Positions 11,267-20,902 of a DNA stretch of 64,000 bases are shown here, in pieces. Source of the stretch: Candidatus Moraniibacteriota bacterium (lineage in GTDB: Bacteria; Patescibacteriota; Minisyncoccia; Moranbacterales; GCA-2747515); NCBI GenBank assembly GCA_023133275.1, contig JAGLWU010000021.1:1341-65340 (forward strand), in the 5' to 3' direction. The notes beneath the pieces were generated by a model, which ran no database searches, had not been told where the DNA came from, and worked only from the letters and a program-made list of their open reading frames with translations. Position 1 is the stretch's first letter; every line of letters begins with the position of its first letter. Made by a program: the position numbers and the translations under genes.

Positions 11267-11639
11267 AAGAAGAATCTACATAACATCCAGCGAAAAGAAG
11301 AGCTATAACGATAATAACCGCAATGACATAACGGATGTTTTCAAACATAAATACAATAGCCCTGAAAAAAAATTTAATGATTTTTCCAATGCCAACAAAT
11401 ATGGAAATTATCACATTTATCGTACCGATTATTATAGGCCAAATTTGAACAATAGCCCAAATAATTCCAATAAGCAAGGCAAATAATAATGCTTCTGGTA
11501 AAAAAATACCAAGTGAACATACTATAAACAACCCTATCAGAACAATATAAATCATTCCGCTATTATTGTCTACAAAGTCTTTATTTTTTGCCAATGCTTT
11601 ATTCATAGGCGGACCAAGTTGCAATTTATTGTTTTTCAA
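11220..11639 (-). CDS. Hypothetical small polytopic membrane protein
   Basis: ORF with 3-4 hydrophobic helices. No recognisable motif. Confidence 0.3.
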   Translation of the reverse strand: MKNNKLQLGPPMNKALAKNKDFVDNNSGMIYIVLIGLFIVCSLGIFLPEALLFALLIGIIWAIVQIWPIIIGTINVIISIFVGIGKIIKFFFRAIVFMFENIRYVIAVIIVIALLFAGCYVDSSYESGNQKISVWDSFN

Positions 11640-11722
11640 AATATTTCTCCTATAAATATTTTTAATTTAAAAGAACACAACAATTAATAATATATCCAAA
11701 CCCAAAAAAAGTCAATAGCGAA

Positions 11723-13843
11723 TCACCTCACAAAACACCCCTGCAAATTCCCACCACCCACATCACCAGCCCCAACAACATCATCCCCCAACATCAACAC
11801 ATACAATTTCAAAGTCCCAAAAGACCTCTCATCCACAATCATATGATTCACCAACATCTCATCATTAACATGCACCCCCGTCTTCTCCCGAACCAGCAAA
11901 TAAAAATTCCCACCCGAAACAATCTCTTTTTCAAAACCGCCCCGCTTTACATAACACAACAACCCCTCACCCTCACTTTTAGAATTAACCAAATAAAAAA
12001 TCGCCCGAGCATACCGATTATCACCCACCACAATTTTACCAACATCATTATTTCCGCTTTTATTTTCCGATTCCAAAATATAATCCGCCACATCCCGCAA
12101 CTGACTTAAAATAATTCTGTCCGACCTTTTTAAAACAAGATCCCGACTAGATTCAATATTTTCCGTTCTCGATAAATGCAATTCCGTAAAACCAATTTTA
12201 ATATTAAACAAATTTATCACTATAAAAATAATTGTTAATCCTATCGTAATAAATTTTCCAAATCTCCGAAAAACTTTTTCAATAAAATAAAAAACAGATC
12301 CCAGTAAAATCAAAAATGGCGGATACATAAAAAGAAAAAATCGTGGAGAAATTTGATAAGCTACCAAAATTAAAAACAAACCGCCCATCACTAACCACGG
12401 CAAAATTAAAAATATCGCCGAATGTTTTTTTCTGAACAAAGAGTTGCAATTCCTTGTTAAGTTTTTACAAAATTTCCTACTTCTTCTGAACAAGAGGTCA
12501 TGACCCCTTGTTGAAATTCTGAAATATTCCTTCACACGAGAGAATGAAAAGTTTTTTAAATAAATTCTCACAGCAAATAAAGTTCGCCGAAAAAATAATT
12601 TGATCGATTTTCTATCTCTGCGCAAACCACTTTTTTTATAAACAACATAAAAATTCCTTTTAAAAATATAAAAGAAAAAAGTCGCCAAAGAAATTAAAAA
12701 TAAAATTATTGCCAAAATTAAATAAAGTAATCTCTCCTTGCAAGTCTTATCACAAATCAAAGGAAAATAACCCTGTGTTTGTTTTTTAGTAATTAATAAA
12801 TCCCGACCATGCTGATCGCCCGTAAAAATCGTGAAGAAAAAAGTACTACTTTCTTGAAAAGCTCGAAAAGTTTTTTCCGCTAAATCATGTTTATCATTTT
12901 TATCTTCCGTAACTGAAGCAATTAAACCTTTCGTATTCTTCCCGCCAGTTTTGTACTCGTTAACAATGACTGGAAAAAATAAAAGGATAATTAAACTTAA
13001 TGAAATTAAAATCGTTTGCCAAGAAATTCGTATTTTTGAAAAGATAAAATAAATTATAAAAACCACAGGAAAACATAAAAACGCAATAAAATGAAGTTGT
13101 AATAAAATTGCTGTTGAAAAAATTGCGAGAATAAACCACCGAGATATTTTTTTATTTGCAAAAAATTTATTTACAAACCAATTCTTAAAATTTATTAAAA
13201 ATTTATTAAAAAAATTGTGCTTGCCGCACGGGCAAAATACCTTTTCACAATCGTTCACTGATTTTCCATCAGCTTTTTTAAAATTAAAAAATAGTTTTTG
13301 ATTGTAAAAACGTTTTGGCAAAATATCTTTACCTAAAAAATTTCCACACCGCAACAAAGAATACGCCGCCAACATTAACCAAAAAGGCATTGAATTTGGA
13401 TTCCATGCAAATCGCCCGTAAATAATTAAAAAATAAGAAAAAGATGTTATCGTGAAAAGTAAAAAACTAATTCTTCTAGAAAAAAATTGTCGTGCGAAAA
13501 AATAGGATAACGGAATTGTTAAAATTGAAAATAGTAAATCTGGAAATGCAACAGCAACTGGCAAAGAAGTATTTTGCCAAAACATATTTCTTGCAAAAAT
13601 CTTCGCAGAAAAAAATTGGAAGTAATAAAAAATAGGACCAAGTTGTAATTCTCGCCCTCGTGCTTGTGGACCGAGTAATGGCAAATCTCTCGTTCCATCG
13701 ATCGCATCTGAAATTATGAAAACGTCTCGTGCCTGATCCAATTCAAAATGCAACCAATCTGTAAAATGATAAGTTCGTAAAAATATTCCGACAATGAATA
13801 TCGCAATTGCTAAATATATTATTTTGTTTTTTGTGTTAAACAT
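11723..13843 (-). CDS. PMT/ArnT-type GT-C membrane glycosyltransferase, paralog 2. Carries in-frame repeat-element insertions.
   Basis: N-terminus FELDQARD...PLLGPQARG is paralogous to 2256..4220. At 706 aa it is longer than its paralogs. Two stretches match the intergenic repeat family. Bases 13219-13235 encode CPCGKHNFF, and 12431-12524 encode HDLLFRRSRKFCKNLTRNCNSLFRKKHS. Confidence 0.65.
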   Translation of the reverse strand: MFNTKNKIIYLAIAIFIVGIFLRTYHFTDWLHFELDQARDVFIISDAIDGTRDLPLLGPQARGRELQLGPIFYYFQFFSAKIFARNMFWQNTSLPVAVAFPDLLFSILTIPLSYFFARQFFSRRISFLLFTITSFSYFLIIYGRFAWNPNSMPFWLMLAAYSLLRCGNFLGKDILPKRFYNQKLFFNFKKADGKSVNDCEKVFCPCGKHNFFNKFLINFKNWFVNKFFANKKISRWFILAIFSTAILLQLHFIAFLCFPVVFIIYFIFSKIRISWQTILISLSLIILLFFPVIVNEYKTGGKNTKGLIASVTEDKNDKHDLAEKTFRAFQESSTFFFTIFTGDQHGRDLLITKKQTQGYFPLICDKTCKERLLYLILAIILFLISLATFFFYIFKRNFYVVYKKSGLRRDRKSIKLFFRRTLFAVRIYLKNFSFSRVKEYFRISTRGHDLLFRRSRKFCKNLTRNCNSLFRKKHSAIFLILPWLVMGGLFLILVAYQISPRFFLFMYPPFLILLGSVFYFIEKVFRRFGKFITIGLTIIFIVINLFNIKIGFTELHLSRTENIESSRDLVLKRSDRIILSQLRDVADYILESENKSGNNDVGKIVVGDNRYARAIFYLVNSKSEGEGLLCYVKRGGFEKEIVSGGNFYLLVREKTGVHVNDEMLVNHMIVDERSFGTLKLYVLMLGDDVVGAGDVGGGNLQGCFVR

Positions 13844-13887
13844 TTTTAAAATACAGAACCTTTAATTTTTTTATTAATTTAACAATT

Positions 13888-14619
13888 TCAAATTTTATAA
13901 CTCTCAGGAACACAAGAATTTATAAAGAGTTTCCCAAAAGAAGTTACTTTTATGTCACTATTTATAAAGACTCCTACTTGCGTTTTACCATCATCGCTAC
14001 TAATAATTTCCTGATTTCCATTTTGCCACACGCCTGCAATATTCAAACTATACAAGTGATCCATATAAATAAAAAAGTTCTCTGGAAATTGCAATTTATC
14101 AATGGGAAATTCATTTTTAATAATTTTTTTATTAAAAAACAAATGCTTATTATGATCAAACTCTGACTGTTGCCTTAATTTATATAATTGTTTCTTTTTC
14201 AAAAAATACAGGATTACAGCTTCATCATGAGATAATTGTTGTATAATTTTTGGAAATGCTGGATGAACTAATCCTTGTTTTGTTTTATCTACTGAATTAG
14301 CTAATAAATTTACAAACATATCACACAACAAAGTATTTTCATAAGAAAGTGCTAATCCTTCTAGTACTGGAACAACAATTTGAGGATGCCCCTTAATAAG
14401 ATTTTTTTCTTCTACTTTTTCTGCAATATTTTTCAAATATCTCTCCCACCTACTACGATAAGCTGCAACATATTCAACTGGTGCCAACAAAAAACGCCCA
14501 GCTTTTACAGTATTACCTAAAGCCTTCCCTATTTCCTTCATGGCAGGACTCAGTCCATCATCATAGATTTTTTCTACAGGAGCTTCTTCAAGTATTTTTT
14601 TAGTAATTTCTTCTTCCAT
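13888..14619 (-). CDS. Hypothetical soluble protein (weak resemblance to DUF4393/Abi-alpha-type helical proteins; unverified)
   Basis: 243 aa ORF between two GT39 paralogs. No TM and no catalytic motif recognised. Confidence 0.35.
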   Translation of the reverse strand: MEEEITKKILEEAPVEKIYDDGLSPAMKEIGKALGNTVKAGRFLLAPVEYVAAYRSRWERYLKNIAEKVEEKNLIKGHPQIVVPVLEGLALSYENTLLCDMFVNLLANSVDKTKQGLVHPAFPKIIQQLSHDEAVILYFLKKKQLYKLRQQSEFDHNKHLFFNKKIIKNEFPIDKLQFPENFFIYMDHLYSLNIAGVWQNGNQEIISSDDGKTQVGVFINSDIKVTSFGKLFINSCVPESYKI

Positions 14620-14625
14620 AAAAAT

Positions 14626-16488
14626 TTATTTAAAAATAAACTTCAAATCCCGCAACGAACATTTTGCCCTTTCCTCTATTCCCAATTCTAACATAAAACA
14701 CCTATTTACACTTACTTCATAACCATTATTATTCAACCTATTTTTTTCAACAAAGTTATCCTTATTTTTCAAATCTAACTCAATCAAAATCACAGTTCCA
14801 AAATCAATCTCCTCAACAATTTCAAATTTATCTTTTAAATCTTTCGGCAATTTCACTTTATTTTTAAATTTATCAGCCTCTCGCAAAAGAAAATATAAAC
14901 CCTTTCTATCCAAATTTTCAACATTAATTTCAGTAACTGGCAATTCCTTTTCAATTTGCAAAAGATATAAAAGTGAACGAATATGATACGGGGAAGAATG
15001 TACATAGATATTCGAAAATTCATTTTCATCAAATCTATTTTCAATCACATCAGTAATTTTTTTCCACTGCTTATTTGTAACTAAATAATACGGCTCCAAA
15101 ATAAATTCATTTATTTCAACATCTTTTTTATCATCATTATCAATCATTTTGAGCCAACTGAAAGATTGCCAAAAATTCAAAATTATTAAAAACAACATTC
15201 CCACAAAAATTATCTTTTTACCATATTTTGGAAAATACTTTTCAAATAAAATTATCGCAAAACCCAATAAAATAAACGGTACAAATAAAACAACCAGAAA
15301 ATAACGCGAATCAACATCCAGCGACAACGGATAAAATAAAAATAAATAAACTACCTGCCAAATTAACATTAATAAAACAAAACGATTTTTCTGAATATTA
15401 ATTTTAGAAAAATTATCTTTTAATTTAGAGAAATAATTTCTCGCAAAAAAGTAAAAACTTATCATTAAAAAGATAAAAATTAAAATTGCTTTAAAAATAT
15501 TATTTTGTAAAACGCTGTTAGAAAAATTCTTTGTCATCAAATCATTTAAACCATCACTACTCTCAACTCTAATCGGATCACTGATAAAATTTTTCGACAC
15601 TAAAATATTTGTATAAAATCTGGTGAAATTGTAAACATTCATGAAAGATTTTTTTGGCATCGTCGCTTGTTCATCTGAAGCATTTCTTCTGATAGTTGCC
15701 TTTAGAAATTCCTGTGTATTTTCTCCTTTGGTTAAAATGTCATTACAAATCAGAGGAAAAAATAAAAAAATACTCACTGATCCAAAAATCGCAAAATGTT
15801 TTAAAGAAATTTTTACTCTAGTAATTATAAAATATAGAAATAATATTATTGGCAATCCGATCAGTGCGACTGTGTGAAGTTGCATCGCCCAAGCTGTTGA
15901 AAAAGCGAATGGAATAATCCAAAAAGTTTTATTGTCTAAGTTTTTTAGAAGATTTTTAATTTTTAGGAACAAAAAATTATGACTTTTTATTATTTTAATT
16001 TTTTTATTTTCTGCTCGAGAATAACGTAAAAGAGAGTAGAAAGATAATACTAAAAAAAACGGAATTGAATTTGGATTCCAAGAAAAATATGTATATTCCA
16101 CTACAAAAAGTGAAACTGAAAATAAGGCAATGAGATATAAAGAAATTCTTTTTGAAAAAAATTCTTTGAGTAAAAAGTAAAATGCTGGGATTGTTAAAAT
16201 TGAAAAAATCAATTCTGGTAAAACCATTGAAAAAACACTCAAACCGAAAATTTTACTACTGATTAAAGCTGGTAAATAAAATAATGATCCTAAACGAAAA
16301 AATGTTCCGCCTGCTTTTGGACCGACTAGTGGAAATTCGCCGATGCCGTTAGTTAAAACTTTATCGATGATTCTGTAATCTCGAGCTTGATCGATTTCGA
16401 AAAAGATGTTGTTGCTAAAATTATAGGTTCGTAAAAATATTCCTACGCAACAAATTGCTATTAAAATTATTATTGTTTTATTTTTCAT
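14626..16488 (-). CDS. PMT/ArnT-type GT-C membrane glycosyltransferase, paralog 3
   Basis: N-terminus FEIDQARDYRI...PLVGPKAGG is paralogous to the other two. Polytopic. C-terminal soluble domain. Confidence 0.65.
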   Translation of the reverse strand: MKNKTIIILIAICCVGIFLRTYNFSNNIFFEIDQARDYRIIDKVLTNGIGEFPLVGPKAGGTFFRLGSLFYLPALISSKIFGLSVFSMVLPELIFSILTIPAFYFLLKEFFSKRISLYLIALFSVSLFVVEYTYFSWNPNSIPFFLVLSFYSLLRYSRAENKKIKIIKSHNFLFLKIKNLLKNLDNKTFWIIPFAFSTAWAMQLHTVALIGLPIILFLYFIITRVKISLKHFAIFGSVSIFLFFPLICNDILTKGENTQEFLKATIRRNASDEQATMPKKSFMNVYNFTRFYTNILVSKNFISDPIRVESSDGLNDLMTKNFSNSVLQNNIFKAILIFIFLMISFYFFARNYFSKLKDNFSKINIQKNRFVLLMLIWQVVYLFLFYPLSLDVDSRYFLVVLFVPFILLGFAIILFEKYFPKYGKKIIFVGMLFLIILNFWQSFSWLKMIDNDDKKDVEINEFILEPYYLVTNKQWKKITDVIENRFDENEFSNIYVHSSPYHIRSLLYLLQIEKELPVTEINVENLDRKGLYFLLREADKFKNKVKLPKDLKDKFEIVEEIDFGTVILIELDLKNKDNFVEKNRLNNNGYEVSVNRCFMLELGIEERAKCSLRDLKFIFK

Positions 16489-17113
16489 TCAATTCCCTTT
16501 CTATTTTGTGTTTCTCTACATCTTCACATTTTAACATGTCAACAATATCACCATATTCATAACAATTATTTTTATCTTTTGCATAATTAAGTTCATCATA
16601 ATAATCTTCAACAAGCTGAAAAGTTTTTGGATCAGCTCCTTCTATTATGCTAGTTACAGCGTAAACGTTATTTTTATCTATTGAGTAAAAATAATTCAAA
16701 GATTCAAAAGTGTTTGAATCTGCATTTTTTATAATTTTATCTTCATGGTAAACAAAATTTTTATCTATTGAATAATTATATTTTAAAGGTTTAAAAGTCT
16801 TTGCATCAGCTTCTTTTATTTTTTGCATAAAATAAGAATCTAATTTATTATAGTCTCTTACATAAACATTGCTTTTATCAACTGCATAATATTTATGTAT
16901 TTTCCTAAAAGTCAAAGAATCAGCTCCTTCTACTATTTTTTCATTATAATAAACACTACCATTTTTATACCCTACAAATTCTCTTCCAATAGAATAAGTA
17001 ATATTGTTTTTTATATTAATAATTTCTCTCAAATTATAATAAGCCAGTAAAATAAAAATAAGCCAAACTACAATTAAAACTATATATTTATACTTTTTTA
17101 AAAATTTTTTCAT
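16478..17113 (-). CDS. DKNYY-family repeat protein, N-terminally membrane anchored
   Basis: N-terminal TM. Four repeats of the form GADxxTF...(Y/L)xxDKNxVY: DKSNVYVRD, DKNFVYHED, DKNNVYAVT, DKNNCYEYG. Confidence 0.7.
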   Translation of the reverse strand: MKKFLKKYKYIVLIVVWLIFILLAYYNLREIINIKNNITYSIGREFVGYKNGSVYYNEKIVEGADSLTFRKIHKYYAVDKSNVYVRDYNKLDSYFMQKIKEADAKTFKPLKYNYSIDKNFVYHEDKIIKNADSNTFESLNYFYSIDKNNVYAVTSIIEGADPKTFQLVEDYYDELNYAKDKNNCYEYGDIVDMLKCEDVEKHKIERELNEK

Positions 17114-17162
17114 AAAATTACTCTAAATAATTATTTCAATCACTATACCCCGAAACACAAAA

Positions 17163-18188
17163 TCAATCAAACAACCACCCAAACAAACTAAATTTATTTT
17201 TCTCTTTCAAAACAAACTTATCAATATTTTCATTTAACTCTTTAATTTCTTTTTTATCTTCATTCAACAACTCAATCGAACCCTGATTTTCAGTCTGTCG
17301 CAACAACTCATCCAATTCATCAATATGATTTTTATAACTCTCAATTTTCCCATCCAATTCATTCAGTTTATCATAATCAGAACCAATCAAAAAAGTCTTC
17401 AACTTCGAACGATTTTGCACCGCTGTCTGAATAATTTGCCTATCGACCTCGTCCACTAAAAATTCATAATAGCCCTTTTCAATTTTATCCTCTAACGTTT
17501 CAGTTCTCAAAGCATTAAATTTCATCTCATCAGAAAATTTACAGGAGCTATGAAAATTACCCAGCTCATTGCCACGAATCAAATTTGCATTCATTTCCTC
17601 AATTGAGTCCGACCAATATTTTCCACCCGGCGATCCACCTCTCGGTCGAGTACAATTTATTCCATTTCTCTGATTATTTAAAATCGTATTATTGTTTATT
17701 TTAAATTCACCTGTCGCATCCGCATCTTTATAATATTGAAAAAGAATTCCGTTCGCCACATTGTTAGAAATAATATTATTAGAAATATCTATTTTAGTAA
17801 AACCCATCACAACTTCAATCCCACTTAAATCATTATTTTCAATTTTATTATTTGAAATTACGCCTCTTACATCATCTCTAATATCAATCCCTTCCTCAAA
17901 ATTATCAGAAATATTTGAATTGGCGATATTAAAATCCCTACCTTTTTTAATATAAACTGCTTTAGCTGTTTTCGTAACTTTAGAATCTTCCAAATTAAAC
18001 TGACCTTTTCCATCCGTCTCAATGCCAATTTTTCCCCCAGACACAATTATATTTTTGATCGTAACATTAGACCCATTACCAACCCATATATTTACCTCGT
18101 TTTTCAAATACGAATTTAAATACCATTCATCTCCTGATTTCTTTTCCAGAATTGACGAAATATTTTCTAATCGTGAATTACCCGCCAT
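17163..18188 (-). CDS. Right-handed parallel beta-helix repeat protein (NosD/pectin-lyase fold) with C-terminal coiled coil. The 5' end appears truncated.
   Basis: PbH1-type repeats (ISDNFEEGIDIRDD, ISNNKIENNDLSGIEV, ISNNVANGILF, ILNNQRNGINC). Lacks a signal peptide. Upstream, in frame but behind a TGA, lies a typical beta-helix N-cap (see findings). Confidence 0.6.
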   Translation of the reverse strand: MAGNSRLENISSILEKKSGDEWYLNSYLKNEVNIWVGNGSNVTIKNIIVSGGKIGIETDGKGQFNLEDSKVTKTAKAVYIKKGRDFNIANSNISDNFEEGIDIRDDVRGVISNNKIENNDLSGIEVVMGFTKIDISNNIISNNVANGILFQYYKDADATGEFKINNNTILNNQRNGINCTRPRGGSPGGKYWSDSIEEMNANLIRGNELGNFHSSCKFSDEMKFNALRTETLEDKIEKGYYEFLVDEVDRQIIQTAVQNRSKLKTFLIGSDYDKLNELDGKIESYKNHIDELDELLRQTENQGSIELLNEDKKEIKELNENIDKFVLKEKNKFSLFGWLFD

Positions 18189-18581
18189 TATTATTTTACC
18201 TTTAATAATTGTTTTTTCTCGATCTTCACCAATTAAATTAGCATCTGAAAAAATTATATCATCTTCATAAACACCGTTGGCAACATGAATATTTTTCGCT
18301 CCACCTCAACAGCCTGTGAAATTTTTTTAAAAGGTCATTCTTTACTTCCATCACCTTGATAAAAATAATTAATGTCTACATAACAACCCTCTCCATTCAA
18401 AAAACAACAACATTGATTTGCTAAAATTGTTTTTGGAAAAATATAAAATAAGCTAAAAAAAATTACAAAACACAAAACTATTTTTTTTATTCATAAAAAA
18501 TTATTAAATCATTTACTATTTACTCTAAATATACTAAGATTCATATAAAGACATTATCATTATATTAGAACAATAAATTTT

Positions 18582-20825
18582 ATGCAAACAATTCTATTAA
18601 AAGTTAAACCACTTTGGCTAAACATTTCTCTAACATTATCAATCACAATAATTTTAATCCACAAAATCGATTTATTAAATAATTTAAGATTTTTAAACTC
18701 ATTGAAAATATTTTATCTATTATTTTTAATTTCACTTTTTGGAATAATATTTTTAAAATTGTTGAAAGTTATAAATAATAAATCACTAATTTTACACACG
18801 CTTCCCACTCAAATTATTTTATTCATCGGAATTCATTCAACTGAAAATTTACATTATATTTTTAATTTACTCGTTGGCATATGGCTAATCTTCGGCGGAA
18901 TTTTAATTGTAAAAAAAATTACAAAACAAAATAATCACCAAAAATCATACTCAAAAAGTTTCACCAAACAAAGTGTATTTTTTTTAATTTTAATAATTTC
19001 TTGCCAACTATTTTTTGCACTTTATCAAGTTGACAAAGCACTTTACATCGATGAAAAACTCTGGACTTACAGCAAAGAAAAACGAATTGAAAAATATTGG
19101 AATAACATTTTTGAACAAGATTGGAAAAATACCCGACCCAGCGACAAACCTGGAGTAACTTTAGCCATCATTTCTGGAATTGGATTATTTTGGGAAACAC
19201 CTTCAGATTTTTTAAATATTGAAGAAAATAATTATTCAAAAGACGAATTTTTAAAAATGCTTTTCAGAATGAGATTGCCAGTAATTCTTTTTGCCTCACT
19301 AAATTTAATCATTTTTTATTTTCTGTTTTCAAAATTATTTAATAATAAAACTGGATTACTTACCACTACACTGATTGGACTTTCCCCGCTGTTGATTGGA
19401 ATAAGTCGAGTGATAAATCCAGACGCTTTCAGTTGGATTTTAATGTCGCTCACAATAATCACTTATTTCATTTATCAAAAAAACAACAAACCAAAATATC
19501 TCTATGCAACAGGAATTTTACTCGGATTATCTTTACTCACAAAATATATTGCCAATTTGTTAATTCCATTTTTTCTAGCAGAAATTTTCATTCAAACAAT
19601 TTTATTTAACGTAAACGAAAAAGATTTACCAAAAATTTTAAAGAAAAAATTTCTCAATTTTATTGAAATTATTATTTTAGCGTTAATCACTTTTTACATT
19701 CTTTACCCTGGAACGTGGGTCGCCCTAGACAGATTGTTAAAAGGAACATTGTGGAGTCAAGCTTTCGAACCATTTTGGAAACCGTTTATTACTTTCATAT
19801 TTTTATTTACAGTCGATTTATTCTGGCTCAACTCAAAATTTTTCTCTTCAATTATTCTAAAGCTCCAAAAATTTAAAAAAGTTTTATTTTTTTCTGTGCC
19901 AACAATTTTTACTTTTTCAATATTATTCACTCTATTAAATGTTTACACTCAAATGAGTTTTATCAATTTTGAATATTTTATAGCATCACCAAAAAGTGCA
20001 GGTGGCGAAAGTTTAATTTCCGTTTTTTTCTCAGGATTTTATAGTTTAATTTTCGGCATCACACCTTTAGTTTTCTTCGGACTTTTGCTAACTTTATTTT
20101 TTGTTTTAAGAAAAATTAAGAAAAATAAAAACACTCTAAAAATTAATTTCCAAAATTATTTCATCTGGCAAATATTGTTCTTCATTTTTATTTTTTATCT
20201 ATCTTCTGCATTCAGTGAAGTAGTTCCCATGGTTCGTTACCAAATTATAATTTATCCACTCACAATAATTTTAGCAACTTTAGGCTACACACAATTATTT
20301 GAAATGGAAAAACTAAAAAACTTTTCTAAAAAAATATTTCCAATCTTTTTACTTTTTGTTATTTTTACAAACTGTTTTATTTTATGGAATTTAAAACCTA
20401 ACTTTTTTAGTTACAATAGTTTTCTACTCCCGAAAAAATATATTATTAATCCAAAAGATATTGGCGATGGAAATTATGAAGTCGCTCAATTTTTAAATAA
20501 ATTGCCAAATGCAAAAAATTTAAAAATCTGGTCTGACAAAAATGGTATTTGTAATTTATTTATTGGAAAATGTTATTCTGTTGAACATCCTGAGGATTTT
20601 GAATTTCACGGTCCCGATTATGATTATTTTGTTATTTCTCGTGGGCGAAAAAGTAAGATTGTGAGATTGACTAATCAAAGACTTGACGGTAATCCTGATT
20701 ATGAATTGCGATTGGATAGACTTTATTTTACCGACAAAATTTTAAAAGAGTTTAACCCAGGTAATCGTAAGGTTAATTTTATTCGTGTAATTGAGAGTGA
20801 TGATGTGAAAGTTTGGGAAAAGTAA
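18582..20825 (+). CDS. Large polytopic GT-C-like membrane glycosyltransferase candidate with C-terminal soluble domain
   Basis: 747 aa with more than 12 TM. Acidic loop ALYIDEKLWTYSKEKRIE after the first TM cluster (a DE-type motif). C-terminal roughly 150 aa hydrophilic. Confidence 0.45.
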   Translation: MQTILLKVKPLWLNISLTLSITIILIHKIDLLNNLRFLNSLKIFYLLFLISLFGIIFLKLLKVINNKSLILHTLPTQIILFIGIHSTENLHYIFNLLVGIWLIFGGILIVKKITKQNNHQKSYSKSFTKQSVFFLILIISCQLFFALYQVDKALYIDEKLWTYSKEKRIEKYWNNIFEQDWKNTRPSDKPGVTLAIISGIGLFWETPSDFLNIEENNYSKDEFLKMLFRMRLPVILFASLNLIIFYFLFSKLFNNKTGLLTTTLIGLSPLLIGISRVINPDAFSWILMSLTIITYFIYQKNNKPKYLYATGILLGLSLLTKYIANLLIPFFLAEIFIQTILFNVNEKDLPKILKKKFLNFIEIIILALITFYILYPGTWVALDRLLKGTLWSQAFEPFWKPFITFIFLFTVDLFWLNSKFFSSIILKLQKFKKVLFFSVPTIFTFSILFTLLNVYTQMSFINFEYFIASPKSAGGESLISVFFSGFYSLIFGITPLVFFGLLLTLFFVLRKIKKNKNTLKINFQNYFIWQILFFIFIFYLSSAFSEVVPMVRYQIIIYPLTIILATLGYTQLFEMEKLKNFSKKIFPIFLLFVIFTNCFILWNLKPNFFSYNSFLLPKKYIINPKDIGDGNYEVAQFLNKLPNAKNLKIWSDKNGICNLFIGKCYSVEHPEDFEFHGPDYDYFVISRGRKSKIVRLTNQRLDGNPDYELRLDRLYFTDKILKEFNPGNRKVNFIRVIESDDVKVWEK

Positions 20826-20902
20826 AAAATTACGTTAGAAGAAGCTATAAACTTATTTAAATGGTATAATAAAAAAGATAAAAAATTTAAATCTAAAAAA
20901 TC

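Noticed and set aside
18189-18330. Alternative genetic code (UGA read as Gly, as in SR1/Gracilibacteria) to explain the in-frame TGA upstream of the beta-helix gene
   Set aside because: Many long ORFs (873-aa SecDF, 836-aa phosphatase, 747-aa GT-C) are intact under the standard code. Genes terminate at TAA, TAG or TGA without downstream in-frame continuation. Reading TGA as sense still leaves a TAA six codons upstream.
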